Origin: a virus | Reading direction: 5' to 3' (one strand) | IMG/VR virus record: IMGVR_UViG_3300030331_005816 | Span: 1 to 64,000 of that record | DNA length: 64,000 bases | Shown: positions 28,041 through 37,400 of the stretch, piece after piece | Position numbering within the stretch: position 1 is the stretch's first letter | Layout of the letters: the number at the start of each line of letters is the position of its first letter | Translations under genes and position numbers: made by a program | Notes under the pieces: model-generated | Databases searched by the model: none | Seen by the model: the letters and a program-made list of their open reading frames with translations, nothing else | What the model was told of the DNA's origin: nothing

Positions 28041-28736
28041 ATGAAAGATAAAATTGGTTTATTGTTTAGTCATTTACATGTTAGAGAAAATGAACTTTAC
28101 AAATTTAATATGTTAAAGTACTCCATTGAGCACTTTAAAAGTTTTGATTCTGACTTTTATATTGTTGTCAGCGGCCACGGTATAAATCCTCCTGATTTTA
28201 TTACAGAACAAATTGACGACATGTATTGGGAATCCCAAATTGACACAAACGAGATAGGTGTTGGCCATCCAAAATTTTGCATTAAAGGATATGAACTATT
28301 ATTGAACCAAGGCATTAGTAATTGTATAAAGCTAAGAGGGTCAGACCTGATCACAAAAGAGGATAAACTCTTATTAGCCCTAAAAACATCGAAAGTTACA
28401 CTTACTGAACAAACATCTTTTGACCGTGGAATGATTGGTGATTTATTAATGATTGGAACAACAACCATGGTTCACGACTTATGGACAAAAAATAGCTGGA
28501 ACTATAAAAAAAGTGGACTGTACAACCTATTTGATAATGCAAGAAGTCTGTGTGAGAATCATTTTGACTTACATGAACAACTAAAAAATAAATATAACTT
28601 TTTATCACCTCATGAAATTGGTTGGATGACACTTGAAAATAACTGGAATGATCAAGAGTTAAACATTATAGAACCGTTTTCTCAGAAACACTTGTGGGGT
28701 CATATGCAAGGATACGGCTACTATGGAGGCTTTTAG
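28041..28736 (+). CDS. Putative glycan-modifying protein
   Basis: Cluster context; KLRGSD...IGDLLMIG weakly WavE-like. Confidence 0.45.
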   Translation: MKDKIGLLFSHLHVRENELYKFNMLKYSIEHFKSFDSDFYIVVSGHGINPPDFITEQIDDMYWESQIDTNEIGVGHPKFCIKGYELLLNQGISNCIKLRGSDLITKEDKLLLALKTSKVTLTEQTSFDRGMIGDLLMIGTTTMVHDLWTKNSWNYKKSGLYNLFDNARSLCENHFDLHEQLKNKYNFLSPHEIGWMTLENNWNDQELNIIEPFSQKHLWGHMQGYGYYGGF

Positions 28737-29197
28737 TGATATTGATAGCTCACAGAGGTAATACAAGCGGCCCAAACCCTTCAAAAGAGAATCATCCTGA
28801 TTACATAAAAGATGCAATAAACAACGGCTACCATGCGGAAGTTGATGTTTGGTATCTTGATAATACATGGGTGCTTGGGCACGATAATCCTGAATATGAA
28901 ATTGATGATAGATATTTCAATAATTTTAGAATGATGTCATTTTGCTGGTACCATGCTAAAAACTTACAAGCACTTGAAGAGTTTTCTAGTAAACAGAAAT
29001 ATACCGATTGGAAATATTTTTGGCATGATAAAGATGATTATACTCTCACCAGTAATAAAAAAATATGGACATTTCCTAAGAAAAATGTTACATTAAACTG
29101 TATAATTGTTTGTAATAGTAAGCAAGAAACACTAAAAATGGCTAAGAAAAATATATTTGGTGTTTGTAGTGATTATGTTGGCGAGGTGAAGAAATGA
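28736..29197 (+). CDS. Glycerophosphodiester phosphodiesterase-like protein
   Basis: LIAHRG, EN, EVDVW, LGHD, HAKN, GVCSD; probable GTG start 28736. Confidence 0.8.
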   Translation: MILIAHRGNTSGPNPSKENHPDYIKDAINNGYHAEVDVWYLDNTWVLGHDNPEYEIDDRYFNNFRMMSFCWYHAKNLQALEEFSSKQKYTDWKYFWHDKDDYTLTSNKKIWTFPKKNVTLNCIIVCNSKQETLKMAKKNIFGVCSDYVGEVKK

Positions 29198-30156
29198 AGT
29201 TAGTAGTTGTTACGGGTTGTTTAGGTCTTATTGGGCACCATGTAACCAGACAGTGCTTATCTTTGGGCTATAAAGTTTATGGAATTGATAAGTTAACATA
29301 TGCTGCAAATTACGAGTATATAGCTGAGTTACAACAGCATAAAGGCTTTACTTTTAAAAGAGGCGATATCGCGACACTTGATTACTTGCCAGACTGTGAT
29401 TACATAATCAATACAGCCGCTGAGTCACATGTTGGTAACAGTATTGTTAACAGTTCAGAATTTATCCATTCCAACATCACCGGTGTCCAAAATCTTCTTG
29501 AATTGATTAGATTAAAACAAGGAAATGTTTGTAAAAAGCCTGTTCTCTTTCACTTCAGCACAGACGAGGTATACGGCGATATTATATCCGGCGAGCACAC
29601 CGAGGATGACTTTCTTAAACCAAGCAATCCCTATTCTTCATCAAAGGCCGCAGCCGATATGTTGATATACGGTTATGCTAGAACTTATGGAATCGATTAT
29701 ATAATATTTCGCCCTACAAATAACTACGGAATTGGACAATATCCAGAAAAGCTTATTCCTTTATCAGTCAAACTGTTAATGAGGGATAAAAGAATTAGAC
29801 TACATGATGCGGGTGAACCAATTCGTAACTGGCTTCATTCTGCAGATACTGCAAGGGCTGTAACAACAATTATTGAGTCTGGTAAAGTAAATGAAATTTA
29901 TAATGTTGCAGGTGGTTTTGAGCAAAAGAATTATGATACAGTCTGTAAAGTTATAAAATCATACTTTAATAGACCATTAGAATCAGATTTAGACATTTCT
30001 GAATATATTGATTTAGAGCATGTCCGCCCCGGACAAGATGTGCGGTATGCTTTAAATGATGATAAACTTCGTGATCTTGGGTGGAAACCTGAGAGAACAT
30101 TTGACGAAGAAATAAATAGCATTGTTAGCTATTATAAAAATAATTTTAAGTGGTAA
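29194..30156 (+). CDS. rmlB: dTDP-glucose 4,6-dehydratase
   Basis: TGCLGLIG, DKLTYAA, AAESHV, STDEVYG, YSSSK, NNYG, QYPEKLIP, RPGQDVRY. Confidence 0.92.
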   Translation: MKLVVVTGCLGLIGHHVTRQCLSLGYKVYGIDKLTYAANYEYIAELQQHKGFTFKRGDIATLDYLPDCDYIINTAAESHVGNSIVNSSEFIHSNITGVQNLLELIRLKQGNVCKKPVLFHFSTDEVYGDIISGEHTEDDFLKPSNPYSSSKAAADMLIYGYARTYGIDYIIFRPTNNYGIGQYPEKLIPLSVKLLMRDKRIRLHDAGEPIRNWLHSADTARAVTTIIESGKVNEIYNVAGGFEQKNYDTVCKVIKSYFNRPLESDLDISEYIDLEHVRPGQDVRYALNDDKLRDLGWKPERTFDEEINSIVSYYKNNFKW

Positions 30157-30176
30157 AATATACCAAAGGAGAAAAA

Positions 30177-30386
30177 ATGCAACTTTCAAATCAAGCACTC
30201 GGTGCAATCATGTTGGCTCTTCAAGAATCGCTACTTGAACAAACCGACATTGTTCCTGTACTTAAAGGTTTTACACTTCAAGAATCCGGCGAAGGGTTAA
30301 TTATCACAAACCCTCCAACAGTCAGATTCACCGATAATACTGAAGTTACCAACCAAGATTTAGAAAATATGGTAGCAGATAAGTAA
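30177..30386 (+). CDS. Hypothetical protein
   Basis: SD AGGAG before ATG 30177. Confidence 0.7.
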   Translation: MQLSNQALGAIMLALQESLLEQTDIVPVLKGFTLQESGEGLIITNPPTVRFTDNTEVTNQDLENMVADK

Positions 30387-30655
30387 TGCCAATATACAAG
30401 TATGAATGTGCTGCTTGTAATCAAATCAGCAAGTTCATGCATGCTTCAACAGAAATGATGTCACATTGTAAAAAATGTGGCACTGAAAATTCGTTAGTTA
30501 AGCAACTAGCAAAACCTTTTGTAAATAAAGGTAATAAAACTTCCAACAAAGATTCTGAAGTTGGTGAAATAACCAAAAAATTTATTGAAGAAAACAGGAA
30601 AGTTTTAGAAGAACAGAAAAAAGAGTATTCAAACAAACAATATGACAAATCTTGA
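30386..30655 (+). CDS. FmdB-family zinc-ribbon protein
   Basis: MPIYKYECAAC...CKKCG. Confidence 0.85.
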   Translation: MPIYKYECAACNQISKFMHASTEMMSHCKKCGTENSLVKQLAKPFVNKGNKTSNKDSEVGEITKKFIEENRKVLEEQKKEYSNKQYDKS

Positions 30656-30974
30656 ATTAACACTCGCAATAATATTAGCACTTTCTTTAATCGGTAATGT
30701 GGCACTGGCTGTTTATGCTCGTGCTGCGATTGTTAGATTATTAAGTGTTGCCGAAGAACTATATGATTTAAAAGATATGTCAGATTCTCTTCTTAATCAT
30801 CTGCAATCTGTATATGAGTTAGAGATGTTTTATGGTGATGAGACATTAGGTTCACTAATGAATCATGCAAGGTCTTATACTGAACAGTTTGAGACTTTTG
30901 AATACATCTACAACCTTATAGAAGATGAGAATGACAACAGAGACACCGAAGAGGAAGAGACGGAAACGTCGTAA
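30642..30974 (+). CDS. Membrane-anchored hypothetical protein
   Basis: N-terminal hydrophobic helix, acidic tail. Confidence 0.7.
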   Translation: MTNLELTLAIILALSLIGNVALAVYARAAIVRLLSVAEELYDLKDMSDSLLNHLQSVYELEMFYGDETLGSLMNHARSYTEQFETFEYIYNLIEDENDNRDTEEEETETS

Positions 30975-31638
30975 GAATCATTATTTTACACAAGAACATG
31001 AAGATGCAATCGTAAGATATGCACAAATTACTTGTATAAGAGAAAGAACAGAGCTTTATGTAAGATGGATTGAGCCAGCCTTTAATGAAATGGTTGATAA
31101 AATTGTCTTTACATATAAGTTTACTAATTTGCCAAACATAGATTTGCTGCGAGACGAGTGCAAAATTTGGCTAATGACGATTCTTGATAAATACGATCAA
31201 AGTAAGGGCTCGAAAGCATTTTCGTATTTTTCAGTTATCACTAAAAATTGGTTTATTCATAAAGTTAAAAAACAACAAAAACAAAATAGAACTGAAGTTA
31301 ACATTGACAACATAGCAAAAAACTATGAAGAAAAGTATTTGTCAACTGAGGAGTCGTATCTTTCTGAAAGAGAGAAAGACGAATTTTGGATTAAGTTTTA
31401 TGAAGAATTAAAATCTTGGGACACTAATACTATGAAAGAAAATGATTTAAAAGTTTATAAAGCAATATGTGTTTTATTTGAATCAAAAGACGACATCGAT
31501 ATTTTTAACAAGAAAGCTATTTATTTATACTTGCGAGAGTTAACAGGCTTAAACACCAAGCAGGTTGTAAATTCTCTTAAAAAGTTTAAAACTAAATATT
31601 ACAATTTTAGTGCTAACTGGAAAAACGGAAACATATGA
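30925..31638 (+). CDS. Phage late sigma factor (gp55-like)
   Basis: NHYFT, KYDQSKGSKAFSYFSVITKNWFI region-2-like motif; directly precedes the structural module. Confidence 0.7.
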   Translation: MRMTTETPKRKRRKRRKNHYFTQEHEDAIVRYAQITCIRERTELYVRWIEPAFNEMVDKIVFTYKFTNLPNIDLLRDECKIWLMTILDKYDQSKGSKAFSYFSVITKNWFIHKVKKQQKQNRTEVNIDNIAKNYEEKYLSTEESYLSEREKDEFWIKFYEELKSWDTNTMKENDLKVYKAICVLFESKDDIDIFNKKAIYLYLRELTGLNTKQVVNSLKKFKTKYYNFSANWKNGNI

Positions 31639-31937
31639 GTAATAAAGATTTAGACACCTTAATGGCTGAAGCTCTCGGTAACATACGAAATGATCGTAAA
31701 GTTGCCCGGGAGTTTTTGAATGAGATAGCTAACATTATATCTACAGATCCTGATCAAAACAAGTACTTAAGTCCCGTTGCAGCCAAGCACATCGAAACCT
31801 TGCAAAGGTCAAATGAACAGCTTGTTAAGATTATTTCAATTCAATCTAAAAAACCAGAAGCTGATTTTGAATTATCAGAAAATGATAAAGAAAATCTGTT
31901 TGATATGATTCAAAACCAAGCAGTGGAGGATAACTGA
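31635..31937 (+). CDS. Hypothetical helical protein
   Basis: ATGA-coupled ORF. Confidence 0.7.
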   Translation: MSNKDLDTLMAEALGNIRNDRKVAREFLNEIANIISTDPDQNKYLSPVAAKHIETLQRSNEQLVKIISIQSKKPEADFELSENDKENLFDMIQNQAVEDN

Positions 31938-33307
31938 TGGCATTTGGTATTGATAATATTATAGATGCTACTGAAACAACCACAGGTGAGGCTGGTCTTG
32001 ATATGCTGGCAGAGGCTGTAGCTAATTCTGGTGTCGGCAAAAAAGACAAATTAGAAGGAAAAGATCAGTTTAATGCTGTTGTGATCTTTTCTGTTTTGCC
32101 TGATGGTAGAACATTTTCTACTACTTCGCTGTCAGCAATGTTAGGAACTGATATCACATTTGGCACTGATTCAAATCCTTCTGATTCGGGTTTTGCCGGC
32201 TACAGGGTTAGAATTACTGATGAGGACAATCCTCATGCCTTTTATCCGATGCCATGTCCGATTGATACAACCGCACCCGGTGCACCATCTATAGCAAATA
32301 AAATAATTGGTGGAATGCACACAATGGCTCTTGTTAGTTCAGATATAAAGTTGACACCCGGCGATAAAATTATTATAAAACTTAGAAAGCTAAATGGCAA
32401 TTATGATTTGAAATATGCTCATTTTATTAGTCGCACTGGCAAAGATCAAGATTATTTTACCAAACAACAAAATAGAAATTCACAAGAATCATGTCAAAAA
32501 CTTGGCGATGTATTTACTTTAGATGCAACGAAATATTTGGACGGCTCACCAAACAAAGTAATACAATCAACTTATACTGGACTAGGGGGAACTGGACTTC
32601 AACTTATAAATGGTGAACTTCCTCCTAATTTATTGGTAGAGCCAGATCCCAGATACACTAATTTCCCAACAGGATTTAAAATTTTAGTTGACTGTAAAAC
32701 TGATTGGGATAATTTGGCTAAAAAATACACCGAAGTTTTTGGTAGAAAAATACAACCATCCGGCCCAGCTTCTGGTTTTCGCAGTTTATCAAGTCAAGTA
32801 TCCACATATGCCCGGGCACCATTAACCGTTAATTCAGCCGGCCGTCCAGTTCGTGCTGCAGCCACCCCCGGGTCGGGAAGACCCCCAACTCATGGTTTTG
32901 CAACTGCAGTAGACATAAACAGAAAAACACAACCCGGCGACACCGCGGTTGCAGCTAAAATACCAGCACTAAAAAAGAAACAAGATGAACTTAAAGCTGC
33001 TGGCATCACAAGATCAATATCATATATATGGTTATTTCTTAATGCTCCTGCATTCAATTGGGGAAATCCTTCATGGGCCCAAAAACCCGAAGCATCTACA
33101 GTTCTTGGGAGACCATGTGTTCCACCTCCGGGTAAAAAATGCGGTAGTAAGATTGAACCATGGCATTGGGAGTGGGGTGGATATTCAACTGTATTTTCAA
33201 ATACTATAAAGGTAGATAAGCCGCCACCCGGTGCATCAGATCCATTAGGATCCGACCCGCTTGACCCTGAATTAGATGATCTTGGTCAACCTGAACGAGT
33301 TACATAA
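31937..33307 (+). CDS. Baseplate-associated protein with M15 (VanY-like) peptidoglycan peptidase domain
   Basis: SGFRS..Q, AATPGS...HGFATAVD, WLFLNA, EPWHW. Confidence 0.8.
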   Translation: MAFGIDNIIDATETTTGEAGLDMLAEAVANSGVGKKDKLEGKDQFNAVVIFSVLPDGRTFSTTSLSAMLGTDITFGTDSNPSDSGFAGYRVRITDEDNPHAFYPMPCPIDTTAPGAPSIANKIIGGMHTMALVSSDIKLTPGDKIIIKLRKLNGNYDLKYAHFISRTGKDQDYFTKQQNRNSQESCQKLGDVFTLDATKYLDGSPNKVIQSTYTGLGGTGLQLINGELPPNLLVEPDPRYTNFPTGFKILVDCKTDWDNLAKKYTEVFGRKIQPSGPASGFRSLSSQVSTYARAPLTVNSAGRPVRAAATPGSGRPPTHGFATAVDINRKTQPGDTAVAAKIPALKKKQDELKAAGITRSISYIWLFLNAPAFNWGNPSWAQKPEASTVLGRPCVPPPGKKCGSKIEPWHWEWGGYSTVFSNTIKVDKPPPGASDPLGSDPLDPELDDLGQPERVT

Positions 33308-33325
33308 GATCCAATAGAGAGTTAA

Positions 33326-34468
33326 ATGTCTAAAAAGCAAGAAAAGATTTTTAAAAGGGTTAAAAAGAAAGCACAACGACCCGAATATATATCAAAATTA
33401 AAAAGCGATCTTAATAGAACTGAAGAATTAGCTCAAGATGTAATTCAAAGTTCCGGTGAACCAACGATTAACGATGCGATCAGAGAGGGTATTCCTGCAG
33501 ATCTACCAGTTAACCCACCTCTTGAGACATTGCAAGATAAAATTGATCTTGGTCAGCCAATTCAATTTTCTGAAAATGGTATATTCCACACAGCTATCCC
33601 ATTACAAACAATAAATTATAAAACTAAACCAAATGAAAAAGTCATTCAAAACGAAGGTTCATATATTGTTTTGGGCACTGATGGTGACAAGGGAACTGAA
33701 AGTGGATACGGTGCCATTGGTTCTAATAGGGCGAATTCAATAGATTTGGTCGTTGGTAGAATGTCCTCTGCTCGCGATGGAAAAGGCCCTAAAGGTTCTG
33801 ATACATTAAAAGGTGCTTATGTTGATGATTCATACTTTGCTGATGCGGCGAGAATCAACATTAGTCAACTAACCGATATTGATAAATCATTCGGACTCTC
33901 AGAGACAAACACACCTCAGTCAGTTGCTCGTTCAGGAATTGGCATAAAAGCCGATGCAGTCAGAATTATTGGCAGAGAAGGAATTAAAATTGTAACAGGT
34001 AGAGCGGATGGTCCATCAGGTTTTGGTAGAAAAGGTGAGACTAATTCTTTAGGTGGCAAAATTGCTGAGTCTGCTCCAACAATTGATTTAATTGCAGGTA
34101 ATAATACTGGTAATATTAAAGTTTGGGGAGGTTTGTTTCAGCCTGTTGAAATGATACCAAATCTACAACCAGCAGTTAAAGGGTATATTACTCGTGATGC
34201 ATTTAGAGATTTAGGCAACATTGTTGATGAATTATGGTCTGCCGTTTATGCACTTACTCTTTCTCAAATTACATTTAACGGTGTTCTGGGTGCTGATCCA
34301 TTTAGACCATGGGTACCACCCGGTGCCGTAGCTGCAACAACTTCTCAAGTTTTATTTGTTATGAATTCTCTTTATCATACAAGAGTAAACAAAAATATGT
34401 GGGAATTCAACTACTTATATCCGTTCGGTTATAAGTTTATTTGCAGCAGGAATGTCAACATAACATAG
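33326..34468 (+). CDS. Putative baseplate central spike (gp5/VgrG-like beta region)
   Basis: Short beta repeats IGIKADAVRIIGREGIKIVT; position before gp25/gp6. Confidence 0.5.
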   Translation: MSKKQEKIFKRVKKKAQRPEYISKLKSDLNRTEELAQDVIQSSGEPTINDAIREGIPADLPVNPPLETLQDKIDLGQPIQFSENGIFHTAIPLQTINYKTKPNEKVIQNEGSYIVLGTDGDKGTESGYGAIGSNRANSIDLVVGRMSSARDGKGPKGSDTLKGAYVDDSYFADAARINISQLTDIDKSFGLSETNTPQSVARSGIGIKADAVRIIGREGIKIVTGRADGPSGFGRKGETNSLGGKIAESAPTIDLIAGNNTGNIKVWGGLFQPVEMIPNLQPAVKGYITRDAFRDLGNIVDELWSAVYALTLSQITFNGVLGADPFRPWVPPGAVAATTSQVLFVMNSLYHTRVNKNMWEFNYLYPFGYKFICSRNVNIT

Positions 34469-34475
34469 GTATAAA

Positions 34476-37400
34476 ATGGCAGAAGAAAAACCACATTCAA
34501 GTTCAACATTAGTGCCCGAGGCATCAGATCCTCCAAGCTCTGGAACATCACCATTCCTGCCTTATCAGGATCCTAATGGCGATGGTCTTCCTGATGTTTG
34601 TGATGTGGAAGTTGCCCCGGCCCAACAAATTTGTAAAGATTGTATACCCAATCCGAGTGCAATTGTCAGAGATTGGAGAAGAACTGATCAAGACAGTCCA
34701 TTTTTAAATGCAAAAATATGCAAATATCAAATTTGCTTCAATACACCAGAGACGACAACAGGCTTTGTTAATGGAATGTCAGAAGAAGAGGCTGATCGGG
34801 CCCTTAATGATTTGTATGAAAAGTATGCAGAACCAGCACTTATAGCTTTATTGGAAGGTTTTCAGAAAGACACCGGTGCCGGAATAGTATCTCAAGTTTT
34901 ACCAGCATTAGAATACACCAGTTATGATTTAGATACACGACCAAGTTCAAGACTGAAACTATTATATTCTGTTAATTTTTCTCAAATATTTTCTTTACCA
35001 GAAGAAGATATAAGGAATGAAGACGATCAAACTGATTCAGAAGAAGATATAACAGTTACCTATGAAGCTTCTGATATGGTCACAACTAACATTAGAGTTA
35101 GAAAAGGTTTAAATCTTTATGGAAGATTTTACAAAGTTGGCCGTGCGGTCGAAGGCAAAAAGATACGTGTTAAAGAAACAAACAAACTTTTTGATTTTGA
35201 AAAATACGGTGATAATGCACTATTCACCGGAAAGTCACCTGTTGGGGCATGCTTACGAGATTTAGATGCATGGCTTAACAGTCGCGACTACAATATAACT
35301 GGGATTGGCGGAATATTTAGTGGTTTGGGCGATGACAAAGTTATTAAATTAGATTTTATATTTTCTGCAAAATATAAACTAAAAAAGCTAAAAGTATATA
35401 CTGAAGCTTGCGGAACAAATGAACCCGATGCTACCTACAGTTCCAACAAACTTAAAGCACTAAATGCTAAAGATTCTTGGAAAGATCCAACTGCAGTTGC
35501 TTACTTTGCTAAAATGAAAAGTATTGAACAAGATTTGAGTGCAAGAGTTCCAATACCATTTGAAGAGTTTGTTATAAAGCATACATACCCGGAAGTACTA
35601 ATCGATACTTCTAGAACTGGAGGTGCAACCTCGGAGCAAACCATAGCAAGCTGTGTAGGAGATGCATTAGTAAACGATGCCAAAGAACTTGGCCAAGATA
35701 TATTTGATGATGTGTTTAGTTTGGCAGATGCAATTGCTTACAAGTTTCACAAGAACTTGTGCCAATCTGACCCAACTAAAGTTGACGAAGAGGCAATATT
35801 AAAAGGTCTTAACATCGGTGGTCCTGCTGGCCCAATATCTGATGTATATAATATGGCTAAAAATCAAGCTCTCAAAGAAGTAGAATCACAAGATTCAGCC
35901 TTCGCCGAACTTTGTTTTAGGATGATATCTATTGGCACATCTGGAGTTGCATGTGGCTTATCACCACTGCAACAGCTTGATCAGATGTATGCGGAAGGAC
36001 TTGATAGGGCTGGTATATGTGGTCTTATGGATCTGTTTTTAGAAGCACTTCAGTGTTTATTCAAGGGCTTAACATTAGAGGAAGCACTAGCATCAATTGT
36101 TAGAGCAGCTTTAAATGCTATGGGTGTAAGACAGATTGGTGAACTGTTTATTGGATTACCACCTGATAAGCAAGCTGAACTAGAAAGAGTAGTAAATCAA
36201 AAACTAGAATCAGGCGATATTTTTTCCGAAGGTTCTGCCGGTCAATCTACATCAGATATACTTGCTGGTAAACAAAACGCACCAGACCCTGTAATTCTTA
36301 AAAAGTTTAAAAATAAAAAACCATGGAACGATAAAGACTATGTTGAAAAAGAGGAAAGTAATAAAAGAGCTGACAATTATGGCAACATGGTTGCATCAAA
36401 AGCCCCCGGCCGGCCCGCTGATGACTCTAGAGAAAGAAGAACTATTGGTCAAAAATTAGAATCACCTCTTGGAAATGATTATCAAACTAACAATGTCATT
36501 TTAAATGCTTACATCGAAGCACTTATGGAAGTATATCAAGACAACTATCTTGAATTAATAGACTTTTTAAATAAATTTCCCGGTGCCAAATTGATAACAA
36601 ATGTTATTGCATTCATGGATTGCCCAACACCACCTCTTTTCAACCCCGGGTTCGACGACTTCTTTAAAAGCCTACAATTACCTTTCTGTAGAAATATTGC
36701 AGCCCCAACTTTCCCCCGGTGGGAAAATCCGTTTCTTTATATACCACAACTTACAGATGTATTGAAAGCTATTTTCGCTGCCCTTAAAAAATTAGTTCTT
36801 TGTATCATTATGAAGGTTATAGTAACTATACTTTCCAAGGTGTGCGAAATCATTGGTGATGCTATCTGTAAAGCCATCGAGTTAGCCGGTAAGGTAACTG
36901 CCGGCTTACTGACAGGAAATACAGATTTAGCTGGTATTCTTAGAGAAGCAATTTGTGGGCCGGATGCTACAGACGAACAAATTAATGCTACAGCCATAGA
37001 TTTAATGGCTAATTTTGGTGTTGGCGGTGCTGCATTCTCGGATCCTGAAAGAACATTTAGTTTTTTCGGAGATGTTATCAATAACTCGAATCGACAAGAG
37101 GGACTGCAACTTATGATTGATGGCCCTAGTGATGAACAAATAAGAATTGCGGATACACTACTGGAAGAAGAATATCAAGAATTCCGAGAGGCTTTACCCA
37201 ACCGCTCTTCAATTAGATCAATGTTTGAGGGTATATCAAATGTTGTGCCGGAAAGAAACAAAGATGAAATTAGGGCCGCTCTTGAAATGTCAGCCGATGA
37301 GCTTCTGCTACCAGCGAACCCTACCATTTGTGCAACTCCTGAAGATATCGAAAACTTTGAAAAGGTTAGATGCGATTTGCTAGCTGGTAGAATGTCACCA

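Noticed and set aside
14493-30156. Bacterial O-antigen/capsule locus, i.e. window being a bacterial chromosome
   Set aside because: Flanked by phage sigma and baseplate genes, shares the same RCGY/CCWGG avoidance, lacks export genes
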